From the NCBI GenBank assembly GCA_045537065.1, contig JAZSOT010000015.1:306-64305 (forward strand): DNA of 64,000 bases. The letters run 5' to 3'. The position numbers and the translations under genes are program-made. Under the pieces are notes generated by a model. The model saw only the letters and a program-made list of their open reading frames with translations. It had not been told where the DNA came from and ran no database searches. Positions within the stretch are counted from its first letter, which is position 1. The number at the start of each line of letters is the position of its first letter. The stretch is from Clostridia bacterium (GTDB lineage Bacteria > Bacillota > Clostridia > Monoglobales > Monoglobaceae). Of this stretch, positions 19,719 through 28,208 are shown in pieces.

Positions 19719-19757
19719 AATAATGTAAAGTGTTTTTGCTTTACATTATTATTTTTT
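19716..19757 (+). terminator. intrinsic terminator of the SLH-protein gene, overlapping the ylxM promoter
   Basis: Perfect 15-bp stem AATAATAATGTAAAG / CTTTACATTATTATT with an 8-nt loop, then TTTT. Confidence 0.6.
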
Positions 19758-19770
19758 CGGGAGATAATAT

Positions 19771-20142
19771 ATGGAAAAGAATGTAGAAATTACTTTGCTT
19801 TATGATATATATGGAAATATGCTGACCGAAAAACAAGCAGAAGCAATTGAACTTTATTATAATGATGATTTATCCCTTGCAGAAATTGCGGATATTGCAG
19901 GAATTAGCAGACAAGGTGTCAGGGATAATATAAAAAGAGCAGAAAATGTTTTATATGATGTTGAAGAAAAGCTTGGTATTGCAAACAGGTTTTTGAAAAT
20001 TAAAAAGAAACTTTCTGAAATAGATAATATTATTATTGACATAGAAAAGTCACCTGATATTAAATTTTTATCTGACGATATTAAGCGTAAGATAAATAAT
20101 ATACTCGGTATTATTAGTGAAATAAATCTTGAAAATTCTTAA
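19771..20142 (+). CDS. ylxM: YlxM-family helix-turn-helix protein (SRP operon)
   Basis: 123 aa. Sigma-70 region-4-like HTH (LSLAEIADIAGISRQGVRDNIKRA). Conserved directly upstream of ffh. Confidence 0.85.
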   Translation: MEKNVEITLLYDIYGNMLTEKQAEAIELYYNDDLSLAEIADIAGISRQGVRDNIKRAENVLYDVEEKLGIANRFLKIKKKLSEIDNIIIDIEKSPDIKFLSDDIKRKINNILGIISEINLENS

Positions 20143-20156
20143 AAGGAGCTGATTTT

Positions 20157-21515
20157 ATGGCTTTTGAAAGCTTATCAACAAAACTTCAAAGTGCGTTTAA
20201 AAAGCTACGCAGTAAGGGTAAAATCAGTGAAAGCGATTTAAAAGATGCAATGCGAGAGGTTAAGCTTGCACTTTTGGAAGCGGATGTTAATTTCAAAGTT
20301 GTTAAGGATTTTATTAAAACTATAACAGAACGTGCTGTAGGCAGTGAGGTTATGGAGTCTTTAACTCCTGCGCAACAGATTATAAAAATCGTTAACGAAG
20401 AACTTATTAATCTTATGGGAGCAGTTGCTGAGAAGATAAATATTTCTTCAAAACCGCCTACTGTTATTATGATGGTTGGTCTTCAGGGGGCAGGTAAAAC
20501 AACGACCGCCGCAAAGCTTGGAGGAAATTTAAAAAAACAAGGTAAAAGACCACTTCTTTGTGCGTGCGATGTCTATAGACCTGCGGCTATCAAGCAGCTT
20601 GAAGTTGTTGCATCCCAATTAGAACTCCCTGTCTTTAAAATAGAGGAATCAAAAGACCCTTTGAAAATTGCAAAGGAAGCTTATGAACATGCGAAGCTCC
20701 ACTCAAATGATATTTTGATTATAGATACGGCAGGAAGACTTCACGTTGATGATGAATTAATGGAAGAACTTGAGAGTATAAAAGAAAATATTCCGCTTGC
20801 AGAAATTCTACTTGTTGTTGATGCAATGACAGGTCAGGATGCTGTTAATGTCGCTGAAGCTTTTAATCAAAGACTTGATATAACAGGTGTTGTTTTAACA
20901 AAGCTTGATGGTGATACAAGAGGTGGTGCTGCGCTTTCTGTCAGGGCCGTAACCGGTAAACCAATTAAGTTTTGTGGTATGGGTGAAAAACTTAACGACC
21001 TTGAGGTGTTCCATCCTGAACGAATGGCATCCAGAATTCTTGGTATGGGTGATATGCTTAGTCTTATTGAAAAGGCTGAACAGGCATTTGATGAAAAAAA
21101 GGCAATGGAACTTCAGGAAAAAATGCGTTCCCAGACTTTCACCTATAGTGATTTTCTTGACCAGATGCAGCAGATAAAGAAAATGGGTCCGTTAAATCAG
21201 CTTATGGGAATGATTCCGGGAATGGATACAAAGGCTCTTGAAAATGCTGATATTGACGAAAGAAAGCTATCTCATATTGAGGCGATTATTCAGTCTATGA
21301 CAAAAAATGAAAGAGAAAATCAGGTTAAGCTTATTCCAAAGCGAAGGGAAAGAATTGCAAAGGGAAGTGGAACCACGATTGCAGAAGTTAATGCATTGGT
21401 TAAGCAGTTTGAACAGATGCAGAAAATGATGAAACAACTAAGTGGCGGCAAAATGGCAAAGCAGCTTGGCAAAATGAAAAAAATGGGAAGAATGGGCGGT
21501 TTTCCGTTCAGATAA
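20157..21515 (+). CDS. ffh: signal recognition particle protein
   Basis: 452 aa. NG domain GLQGAGKTTTAAKL, DTAGR, TKLDGD. Met-rich M domain. Confidence 0.97.
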   Translation: MAFESLSTKLQSAFKKLRSKGKISESDLKDAMREVKLALLEADVNFKVVKDFIKTITERAVGSEVMESLTPAQQIIKIVNEELINLMGAVAEKINISSKPPTVIMMVGLQGAGKTTTAAKLGGNLKKQGKRPLLCACDVYRPAAIKQLEVVASQLELPVFKIEESKDPLKIAKEAYEHAKLHSNDILIIDTAGRLHVDDELMEELESIKENIPLAEILLVVDAMTGQDAVNVAEAFNQRLDITGVVLTKLDGDTRGGAALSVRAVTGKPIKFCGMGEKLNDLEVFHPERMASRILGMGDMLSLIEKAEQAFDEKKAMELQEKMRSQTFTYSDFLDQMQQIKKMGPLNQLMGMIPGMDTKALENADIDERKLSHIEAIIQSMTKNERENQVKLIPKRRERIAKGSGTTIAEVNALVKQFEQMQKMMKQLSGGKMAKQLGKMKKMGRMGGFPFR

Positions 21516-21557
21516 ATAAAAAAATAATTAAATAATATATATTTGGAGGTAATTATT

Positions 21558-21800
21558 ATGGCAGTAAAAATTCGTTTAAGAAGAATGGGAGCAAAGAAAG
21601 CACCTTTTTATCGTGTGGTTGTTGCAGATTCAAGATATCCTCGCGATGGCAGATTCATTGAAGAGGTTGGAACATACAATCCTTTAACAGAACCTGCTGC
21701 ATTCAACGTTGATGCTGAAAAAGTTCAGAAATGGATTTCTAATGGTGCTCAGCCAACAGATACTGTTAAACGTTTACTTAAAAATAAAGGTATTATCTAA
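21558..21800 (+). CDS. rpsP: 30S ribosomal protein S16
   Basis: [31 protein letters not shown] 8 nt upstream of ATG 21558. Confidence 0.95.
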   Translation: MAVKIRLRRMGAKKAPFYRVVVADSRYPRDGRFIEEVGTYNPLTEPAAFNVDAEKVQKWISNGAQPTDTVKRLLKNKGII

Positions 21801-21827
21801 TTTTTGAGTGAATCAGAGGCGAGTATT

Positions 21828-22055
21828 ATGAAAGAACTTTTAGAATTTATTGCTAAGGCTATGGTATCTGATCCTGATGCTGTTGTTGTTAAAGAAACTG
21901 TAAATGAAAATTCAGTTACTTTAGAGCTTCACGTTGGTGAGAATGATATGGGCAAAGTTATTGGAAAACAGGGACGAATTGCAAAAGCAATTAGAACTGT
22001 TGTTAAAGCAGCCGCAAATCACGAAAATAAACGTGTTACGGTTGAAATAGTGTAG
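21828..22055 (+). CDS. khpA: KH-domain RNA-binding protein (YlqC/KhpA)
   Basis: 75 aa from ATG 21828 (MKELLEFIAKAMV). GKVIGKQGRIAKAIRTV contains the KH GxxG loop. Conserved between rpsP and rimM. Confidence 0.9.
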   Translation: MKELLEFIAKAMVSDPDAVVVKETVNENSVTLELHVGENDMGKVIGKQGRIAKAIRTVVKAAANHENKRVTVEIV

Positions 22056-22073
22056 TTTTACCATTTAAGAAGT

Positions 22074-22095
22074 GGGGACTGCTTTAGCAGTCCTC
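22074..22095 (+). promoter_or_regulatory. intra-operon stem-loop between khpA and rimM
   Basis: 9-bp stem GGGGACTGC / GCAGTCCTC with loop TTTA. No clear U-run after it, so it may be a partial terminator, a processing site or a stabiliser. Confidence 0.35.
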
Positions 22096-22139
22096 ATTTG
22101 TGCTACACTAAAGATATGTATATAAATCGAGGTATAATT

Positions 22140-22655
22140 ATGCAGGATTCTTTATTGGAAATTGGAAAAATAACAAATACGCACGCATTGAAAGGTGAAA
22201 TGAAAATTATGCCTTGGTGCGATGATCCTGAAATTTTTAATGAACTGGATTATTTGTTAATTAATGATAAGGAATATGAAATTGAAAGATCAAGAATTCA
22301 TAAGGGAATGGTAATCGTTAAGCTTTTTGATGTTGACAGTATAAACGATGCCGAACTTTTAAGAAATTCTGTTGTTTATGTTGAAAGAAATCAACTTGGA
22401 GAATTGCCTCCGGGTGTTTACTATATAAAAGATTTGCTTGGCTCAAGTGTTGAAACTGAAGATGGTAAGTTTTTAGGTGTAATAGATGATGTTATTAAAA
22501 CAGGGAGTAATGATGTTTATCAGCTTAATAAAACAAAAAGCGGAAAACCAATCCTTATTCCTGTTCTTCCTGAAACTATTATAAATGTTGATGTTTCTAA
22601 TAAACTTGTTAAGGTTAAGCTCCTAAAAGGTTTGGTTGATGAAAATGAGATTTGA
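22140..22655 (+). CDS. rimM: 16S rRNA processing protein RimM
   Basis: Start MQDSLLEIGKITNTHALKGEMKI with GAGG upstream. PRC-barrel C-terminus. Conserved before trmD. Confidence 0.9.
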   Translation: MQDSLLEIGKITNTHALKGEMKIMPWCDDPEIFNELDYLLINDKEYEIERSRIHKGMVIVKLFDVDSINDAELLRNSVVYVERNQLGELPPGVYYIKDLLGSSVETEDGKFLGVIDDVIKTGSNDVYQLNKTKSGKPILIPVLPETIINVDVSNKLVKVKLLKGLVDENEI

Positions 22656-23376
22656 TGTTTTAACTCTTTTTCCTGAAATGATTTCTAATGTTTTACGTGA
22701 GAGTGTTATCGGGCGAGCAATTGAAAAAGGTATAATAGAGCTTAATTGTGTTCAGATAAGAGATTTTGCATTTAATAAACATAGACAGGTTGACGATTAT
22801 CCATATGGCGGTGGCATGGGAATGGTTATGCAGGCAGAACCGATTTTCAGGGCATACGAGTCTGTTACAAAAGATTTGAACTATAAGCCATATACGGTTT
22901 ATATGTCACCTCAGGGAAGAGTATTCAGGCAATCTGTTGCAAAAAAACTTTCTAAGCTTAAACATATCGTTATTCTGTGCGGACATTATGAGGGTGTTGA
23001 TCAGAGAGTGCTTGACAAAATTGTTGATGCAGAAATTTCCATTGGAGATTTTGTTTTGACAGGCGGAGAAATTGCGGCAACTGCCGTTATTGATGCAACA
23101 TCAAGAATGATTGAAGGTGTTCTTAAGGAAGAGGACTCGTATTCCGATGAATCTCATTATAATGGGCTTTTGGAATACCCCCAATACACAAGACCGGCTA
23201 TTTGGGACGGAAGAGAAGTTCCTGAAACTTTGCTTTCGGGAAATCATAAACTTATTTCCGAATGGAAAAGAGAAAAAGCTATTGAAACTACATTCAGAAA
23301 AAGAAGAGGAATGTTATCAAAAATCAAATTATCAGACAAAGAGAAAGCATTTGTTAATGAATTGAAAACAAAATAA
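22639..23376 (+). CDS. trmD: tRNA (guanine37-N1)-methyltransferase
   Basis: MKMRFDVLTLFPEM..., GHYEGVDQR, GGEIAA. Overlaps the rimM stop. Start could be 22636, 22639 or 22645. Confidence 0.95.
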   Translation: MKMRFDVLTLFPEMISNVLRESVIGRAIEKGIIELNCVQIRDFAFNKHRQVDDYPYGGGMGMVMQAEPIFRAYESVTKDLNYKPYTVYMSPQGRVFRQSVAKKLSKLKHIVILCGHYEGVDQRVLDKIVDAEISIGDFVLTGGEIAATAVIDATSRMIEGVLKEEDSYSDESHYNGLLEYPQYTRPAIWDGREVPETLLSGNHKLISEWKREKAIETTFRKRRGMLSKIKLSDKEKAFVNELKTK

Positions 23377-23447
23377 ATTTTTATTGTTTTTTGTCTTTTA
23401 TTATGATATAATTTTTTTATAAATATTTATAAGAGGAGGCGACCTAT

Positions 23448-25376
23448 ATGAAATGTCCAAGCTGTGGTGCTGACCTGACGAATGATGTTATTAAATGTCC
23501 TTTTTGTAAGGAGATTTTAAACGGAGCAGATAATCCAAAATTAGATAAATGTGATTTTAAATATACAATTACTTCAGAGGCTGATATGGATTTGCTTAAG
23601 AAGACGATGGAAGATTCTTTTAAGAAACCAAAACTTAGAAAGAAGATAGTGTTTAAGGGTTTTAAAAGGATAAAAATCAGAAAAAAATCAAGAAAAAAAA
23701 TAAACAGACAGGAATCTTCTGTAAAAAGGGTAAAGAACGAAATTAAGGGGTTAAAACCTCAAACAAAAATGAATATAGCATTTTTTGGAGCTATAGCGGT
23801 TATTATTCTTCTTATTGCTTTTATCACTATGGGAATCGGTGCATTTGTCAACAGAGACAGAGAAATCACACCTATAGTTTATACTAAGGATAACTCTATG
23901 TATCTGAATATAGGTAAAAAACCTGTGCTTTTGACAGAAAATGTCGTTGATATGAATTCTGTTGATAATATTGGTGAACTAAGTCTGTCTCAGCAGATAG
24001 AAAATAAGAATATTATAAAAAATTCTGAAAACGGAATGTACACCTATTATTTTGAAAACTACGACCTCAAGGGAAACAGCGGTAGCCTAATCAGAATTTT
24101 TAACGGTAGAAAGAAGAAAGTTGTTTCAACGAGTGTTCATAATTCATATATTTTATCACCTGACGGAAAAGCTGTTTTGTTTTTACAGAGTGCGGACGAA
24201 AATGGCGATATGGGAAATTTATGTTATTGGAACGACAGTATGAAAGAGCCACTACGAATTGCTGTTGATATTGATAAGGAAACATTTATCTTCTCATCAA
24301 AGGGAGATGCTGTTTACTACATAAGAAACTATAATTACGCTGAAAAGGGCGGAGATTTATGTTTCTTTGATATTAATACATCTGAAACAGAAAGCGTTGT
24401 TCTTGATTCAAATGTTAAATCAATTATCGGCACAGATAATAAAGGCAAAAAGCTTATATATTCAAAAGCTGTTGATAAATCTGATACAGTGTATGATATA
24501 TATGTAAAAGATGGAAATACTGATAGAATAAAGATTTTTGATAAAGCTGTCAAAAAGCCCGTTTTTGCAAAAGAAAAGGATAATATGCTTGTTTATGGAT
24601 ATAATGACGACAAGTATTTTGGACTTTATGATATAAGCCTTTCAAATTATAAGAGTAATAAAATTGCGTCTCAAATCACAACAATAATAAAAGCCAGTGA
24701 TGATTTTAAGAAAATTTTATTTAATAAGGTTTATGACAATAATACTATTGATTGTTATGTTTATATTGAAGGACAAAAGACATTTAAAATTGCAGAAAAC
24801 GTCAGAACAGTTCCCTCTCAGTATAATAATGCAAATCAATTTTCTGTAAGTGATGATTTTATGTCTGCAGCTTATGTGTCAGGATTTGACAGAGAAAGAG
24901 TTGGTGGAAAGCTATATTCATCTGTTATTAAAGACGGGGAATGTGTTAAAACAGAGATTGCAGATGATGTTTATCTATGCCGAATTTCACCTGATGGCAA
25001 AAATATTATTTACGGAAAAGATTTCAGTAAGTCAAGATTAGTATTTGATTTATATTTGTATAAAAAAGGAAATAGCAGCCTTATTGAAGAGGGTATTGAT
25101 AAATCTTTCTTTGGAATTTCAAAAGATAGAGAAAAGATTGCATATATAAATAATTTTGATGTTAATGGTTTTTATGGAACATTAAGTATTATCAACGTTG
25201 ATGGAGACAAACTATATAGTGTTGAAAAATCAGGAGCATTTTCCTGCATAGGAGAAAATGGAGTTATATACTTTGAGGAATATAATGTGGATGATGATTC
25301 CTGGACAATTTCTTATGTAGAGAAAAGGAAAAAGAAGATTGTTGACAGCGGAGTTGATGGCTTAGTTCTTTACTAG
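23448..25376 (+). CDS. zinc-ribbon / single-TM / PD40-type beta-propeller-like membrane protein, function unknown
   Basis: 642 aa. N-terminal CPSCG...CPFC, a K/R-rich linker and one TM helix (FFGAIAVIILLIAFITMGIGAF). Extracytoplasmic domain has recurring SPDGKxxxx-type strands (SPDGKAVLF, SPDGKNIIYG, SKGDAVYYI, DREKIAYI). Confidence 0.6.
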   Translation: MKCPSCGADLTNDVIKCPFCKEILNGADNPKLDKCDFKYTITSEADMDLLKKTMEDSFKKPKLRKKIVFKGFKRIKIRKKSRKKINRQESSVKRVKNEIKGLKPQTKMNIAFFGAIAVIILLIAFITMGIGAFVNRDREITPIVYTKDNSMYLNIGKKPVLLTENVVDMNSVDNIGELSLSQQIENKNIIKNSENGMYTYYFENYDLKGNSGSLIRIFNGRKKKVVSTSVHNSYILSPDGKAVLFLQSADENGDMGNLCYWNDSMKEPLRIAVDIDKETFIFSSKGDAVYYIRNYNYAEKGGDLCFFDINTSETESVVLDSNVKSIIGTDNKGKKLIYSKAVDKSDTVYDIYVKDGNTDRIKIFDKAVKKPVFAKEKDNMLVYGYNDDKYFGLYDISLSNYKSNKIASQITTIIKASDDFKKILFNKVYDNNTIDCYVYIEGQKTFKIAENVRTVPSQYNNANQFSVSDDFMSAAYVSGFDRERVGGKLYSSVIKDGECVKTEIADDVYLCRISPDGKNIIYGKDFSKSRLVFDLYLYKKGNSSLIEEGIDKSFFGISKDREKIAYINNFDVNGFYGTLSIINVDGDKLYSVEKSGAFSCIGENGVIYFEEYNVDDDSWTISYVEKRKKKIVDSGVDGLVLY

Positions 25377-25378
25377 GA

Positions 25379-25990
25379 GTGGTTTATATTAAAAGATTAG
25401 CTATTTTTGGTGGAACTTTTAATCCCCCTCATATAGGTCATTTAAAACTTGCAGAATGTGCTCTTAGAAGTTTAAATGCGGATAAAATAATATTTATGAC
25501 GGCGGGGAATCCGCCGCATAAAAATATTAGAAATTATCTCAGCGGGGATATTCGTTTTGAGATGGTTAAACTTCTTATTTCGGATAACGAAAACTATATT
25601 GCCTCTAATTTTGAAATAAAAAAGGATGGACCAAGCTACACCGCCCATACACTTTCTGAGTTTAAGGCTATTTATCCCGAATATGAACTTTGTTTTATTA
25701 TTGGTCTTGATTCGTTTTATGACCTTGAAAAATGGTATAAGCCCGAAGTTATATTTGAAAAAGCGGTTATTGCTGTTTCCTTGAGAGGTGGTATAGACTC
25801 TGCCTTATTTGAAGAAAGAAAGTTTTATTACGAAGTAAAGTATAATGCAAAATTTGAATTTATATCCATGCCGGAAATAGATATTTCTTCGTCACAAATC
25901 AGGTTTAAAATTAAAAATGGCGAATCTATCAAGGGACTTACATCAGATGCTGTTGAGAAATATATAACTGACAATAATTTGTATAAATAG
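25379..25990 (+). CDS. nadD: nicotinate-nucleotide adenylyltransferase
   Basis: FGGTFNPPHIGH motif (HxGH). GTG 25379 is 2 nt after the upstream stop. The start codon is uncertain (see findings). Confidence 0.9.
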   Translation: MVYIKRLAIFGGTFNPPHIGHLKLAECALRSLNADKIIFMTAGNPPHKNIRNYLSGDIRFEMVKLLISDNENYIASNFEIKKDGPSYTAHTLSEFKAIYPEYELCFIIGLDSFYDLEKWYKPEVIFEKAVIAVSLRGGIDSALFEERKFYYEVKYNAKFEFISMPEIDISSSQIRFKIKNGESIKGLTSDAVEKYITDNNLYK

Positions 25991-26000
25991 GTGTTTTTCT

Positions 26001-26561
26001 ATGTTTTGTGAGCAAATCAAGGAATATATAGAGAATAATTTATCTTTGAAAAGATACAGACATTCTGTTTCTGTTGCGGAAGAAGCAAAAAAGCTTGCTG
26101 AAAAGTATAACACAAGCATTCAAAAGGCTTATTTTGCCGGCCTTGCACATGATATGGCAAAAGAGATTGAAAAAGAGGAAACCATGCGAATTCTCAAGAA
26201 ATTCGGTAGGGAGGATTTATCCAATAGGTATCCCTACCCATTAATTCATGGACCTGTTTCGGCATTAATTTTAAAAAATGATTTTTTGGTTGATGATGAA
26301 GAAATTCTTGATGCAGTATGGTATCATACAACCGGCAAAGAGGATATGTCAATGCTTTCAAAAATAATATATATTGCTGATTTTATAGAGCCAAACAGAA
26401 GTTTTGAAGGTGTAGAAAATGTCAGAAAACTTGCCTACAGCAATATAGATAAGGCTATTGTAGAGGGTGCAGGAATTGTTATATGTAACACAATATCAAG
26501 AGGATTGCCACTCGATGTTGACACGGTGCTTGCCAGAAATTATCTTTTAAGCAGTATTTAA
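26001..26561 (+). CDS. yqeK: HD-domain bis(5'-nucleosyl)-tetraphosphatase YqeK
   Basis: 186 aa. Motifs RYRHSVSVAEEA and AGLAHDMAKE (HD). Conserved nadD-yqeK pairing. Confidence 0.85.
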   Translation: MFCEQIKEYIENNLSLKRYRHSVSVAEEAKKLAEKYNTSIQKAYFAGLAHDMAKEIEKEETMRILKKFGREDLSNRYPYPLIHGPVSALILKNDFLVDDEEILDAVWYHTTGKEDMSMLSKIIYIADFIEPNRSFEGVENVRKLAYSNIDKAIVEGAGIVICNTISRGLPLDVDTVLARNYLLSSI

Positions 26562-26586
26562 ATTTAGTATAAGGAGTCACGTTAAA

Positions 26587-27795
26587 ATGAAAATTAAATC
26601 TCCAAAGAGATTGATAATATTTGTTGTTGTTTTAACATTAATAGTAAGTCTATTTTATGTTTTTGCATCAATTGGTTCAGGTGTTAATTTTTCGTTTTTA
26701 ACTAAAAATAAAACAATAAATTCCAAGGCTCTTCAAAATTTTGTTGTTGCAGGAGTGGATGAACTTGGGCAGAGAACAGACCTTATACTTTTTTGCCAGT
26801 ATAACAGTATAACTAAAGATGTTAATGTTTTGCAAATTCCTAGAGATACAAAGGTTGAAACAAAGAGATATGACAAAAAAATAAATTCAGCATATGGTAC
26901 TGATAAAAAAGAAATAGCACTTTATGATGATGTTGAAAATATTGTTGGAATAAGACCTGATAAATATGTTATAGTCAGTTTTAAGGCATTTAGAGAGCTT
27001 ATAGATGTTATAGGCGGAGTTGAGGTTAATGTTCCATTTAGAATGTATTATAATGACCCTTATCAAAATCTTACAATTGACTTATATCCCGGACTCCAAA
27101 ATCTTGATGGCAGACATGCTGAAATGTTTATGAGATTCAGAATGAATGATGACGGAACGGGATATAAAAACGGGGATATTGATAGAATTGCAACTCAAAA
27201 AGAATTTTATTCACTTGTTATTGACAAGGTTTTAAGTGCTAAGAATGTCTTCAAAACACATAAGCTTCTTCAGGTTATAAAAAATAATGTTAAAATGGAT
27301 TTTACAGGAGAAGAAATCCTTGGGTATATTGGTGAAATTCCTTCCTTTAAAAAGGAAAATATTAATATTCATACATTGCCCGGAGAAGGGAAATATGTTA
27401 ACGGAATTTCATATTTTGTTCACGATGAAGAGAAAACAAATCTTATTATGAATCAATATTTTTCATCAGATAACAGAACCGTTGCATACAAAACGGTTAA
27501 TCCCACAAAAAATAAGTTTATTAAAGTTGAAGTTATTAATTCAACATCTATAGACAGAGACCTCGTCGATATATGTAAAGTTGTTAGAGAAAAGCTTGAG
27601 AATCACGGGTTTACGGTTATTTCTTCGTATAATTCGGACAAGGTAAAGGATAAATCACAAATTGTTGACCACAATGGTAAAAATGCCTCTGAGGAGATTT
27701 TGAAAATTTTTAGCGGAGTTTCTGTTATAAATGATGACGATAAATCGGCAGATGCTGATGTTACTATTTATGTGGGGAATGATTTTAGTTTTTAA
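26587..27795 (+). CDS. LytR-CpsA-Psr (LCP) family cell-envelope phosphotransferase
   Basis: 402 aa. N-terminal TM anchor. LCP core (RTDLILF, IPRDT, INSAY). C-terminal LytR_C-like domain. Confidence 0.85.
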   Translation: MKIKSPKRLIIFVVVLTLIVSLFYVFASIGSGVNFSFLTKNKTINSKALQNFVVAGVDELGQRTDLILFCQYNSITKDVNVLQIPRDTKVETKRYDKKINSAYGTDKKEIALYDDVENIVGIRPDKYVIVSFKAFRELIDVIGGVEVNVPFRMYYNDPYQNLTIDLYPGLQNLDGRHAEMFMRFRMNDDGTGYKNGDIDRIATQKEFYSLVIDKVLSAKNVFKTHKLLQVIKNNVKMDFTGEEILGYIGEIPSFKKENINIHTLPGEGKYVNGISYFVHDEEKTNLIMNQYFSSDNRTVAYKTVNPTKNKFIKVEVINSTSIDRDLVDICKVVREKLENHGFTVISSYNSDKVKDKSQIVDHNGKNASEEILKIFSGVSVINDDDKSADADVTIYVGNDFSF

Positions 27796-27819
27796 TATTG
27801 ATGGAAAGGATTATTGTTT

Positions 27820-28179
27820 ATGGGAATAAATAATGAAACTGTAAATAAAATAATAATGGCACTTGATTCAAAGAAGGCAACTGATATAAAAGCTTTGTAT
27901 GTTGGAGATATAACAACTATAACAGATTATTTTGTTATAGCTACCGCAAACTCCAAACTGCAGGCGCAGGCTTTTTGTGACCATCTTGAAGAGGTTTTGC
28001 TTAAAGATGGCATAAAGCATATTAATAAAGAAGGTTATAATGCGGCTGAGTGGATACTTCTTGGATATGAAGATGTTGTTGTTCATATATTCCTTGGGGA
28101 GTCAAGAGAATTTTATGGACTTGAATACATCTGGAAAGATGCTGCGTTTTTAGATATTTCAGATTTACTTATTGATTAA
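27820..28179 (+). CDS. rsfS: ribosome silencing factor
   Basis: 119 aa from ATG 27820 (AAGGA 9 nt upstream). Motifs DYFVIATANS and WILLGYEDVVVHIF. Confidence 0.9.
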   Translation: MGINNETVNKIIMALDSKKATDIKALYVGDITTITDYFVIATANSKLQAQAFCDHLEEVLLKDGIKHINKEGYNAAEWILLGYEDVVVHIFLGESREFYGLEYIWKDAAFLDISDLLID

Positions 28180-28208
28180 TTTGATTTTAACCGAAAGGAT
28201 GAATAAAT

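Noticed and set aside
28180-28208. Expected T-box leader upstream of leuS
   Set aside because: The intergenic gap is 29 nt, so leuS is simply co-transcribed with rsfS.
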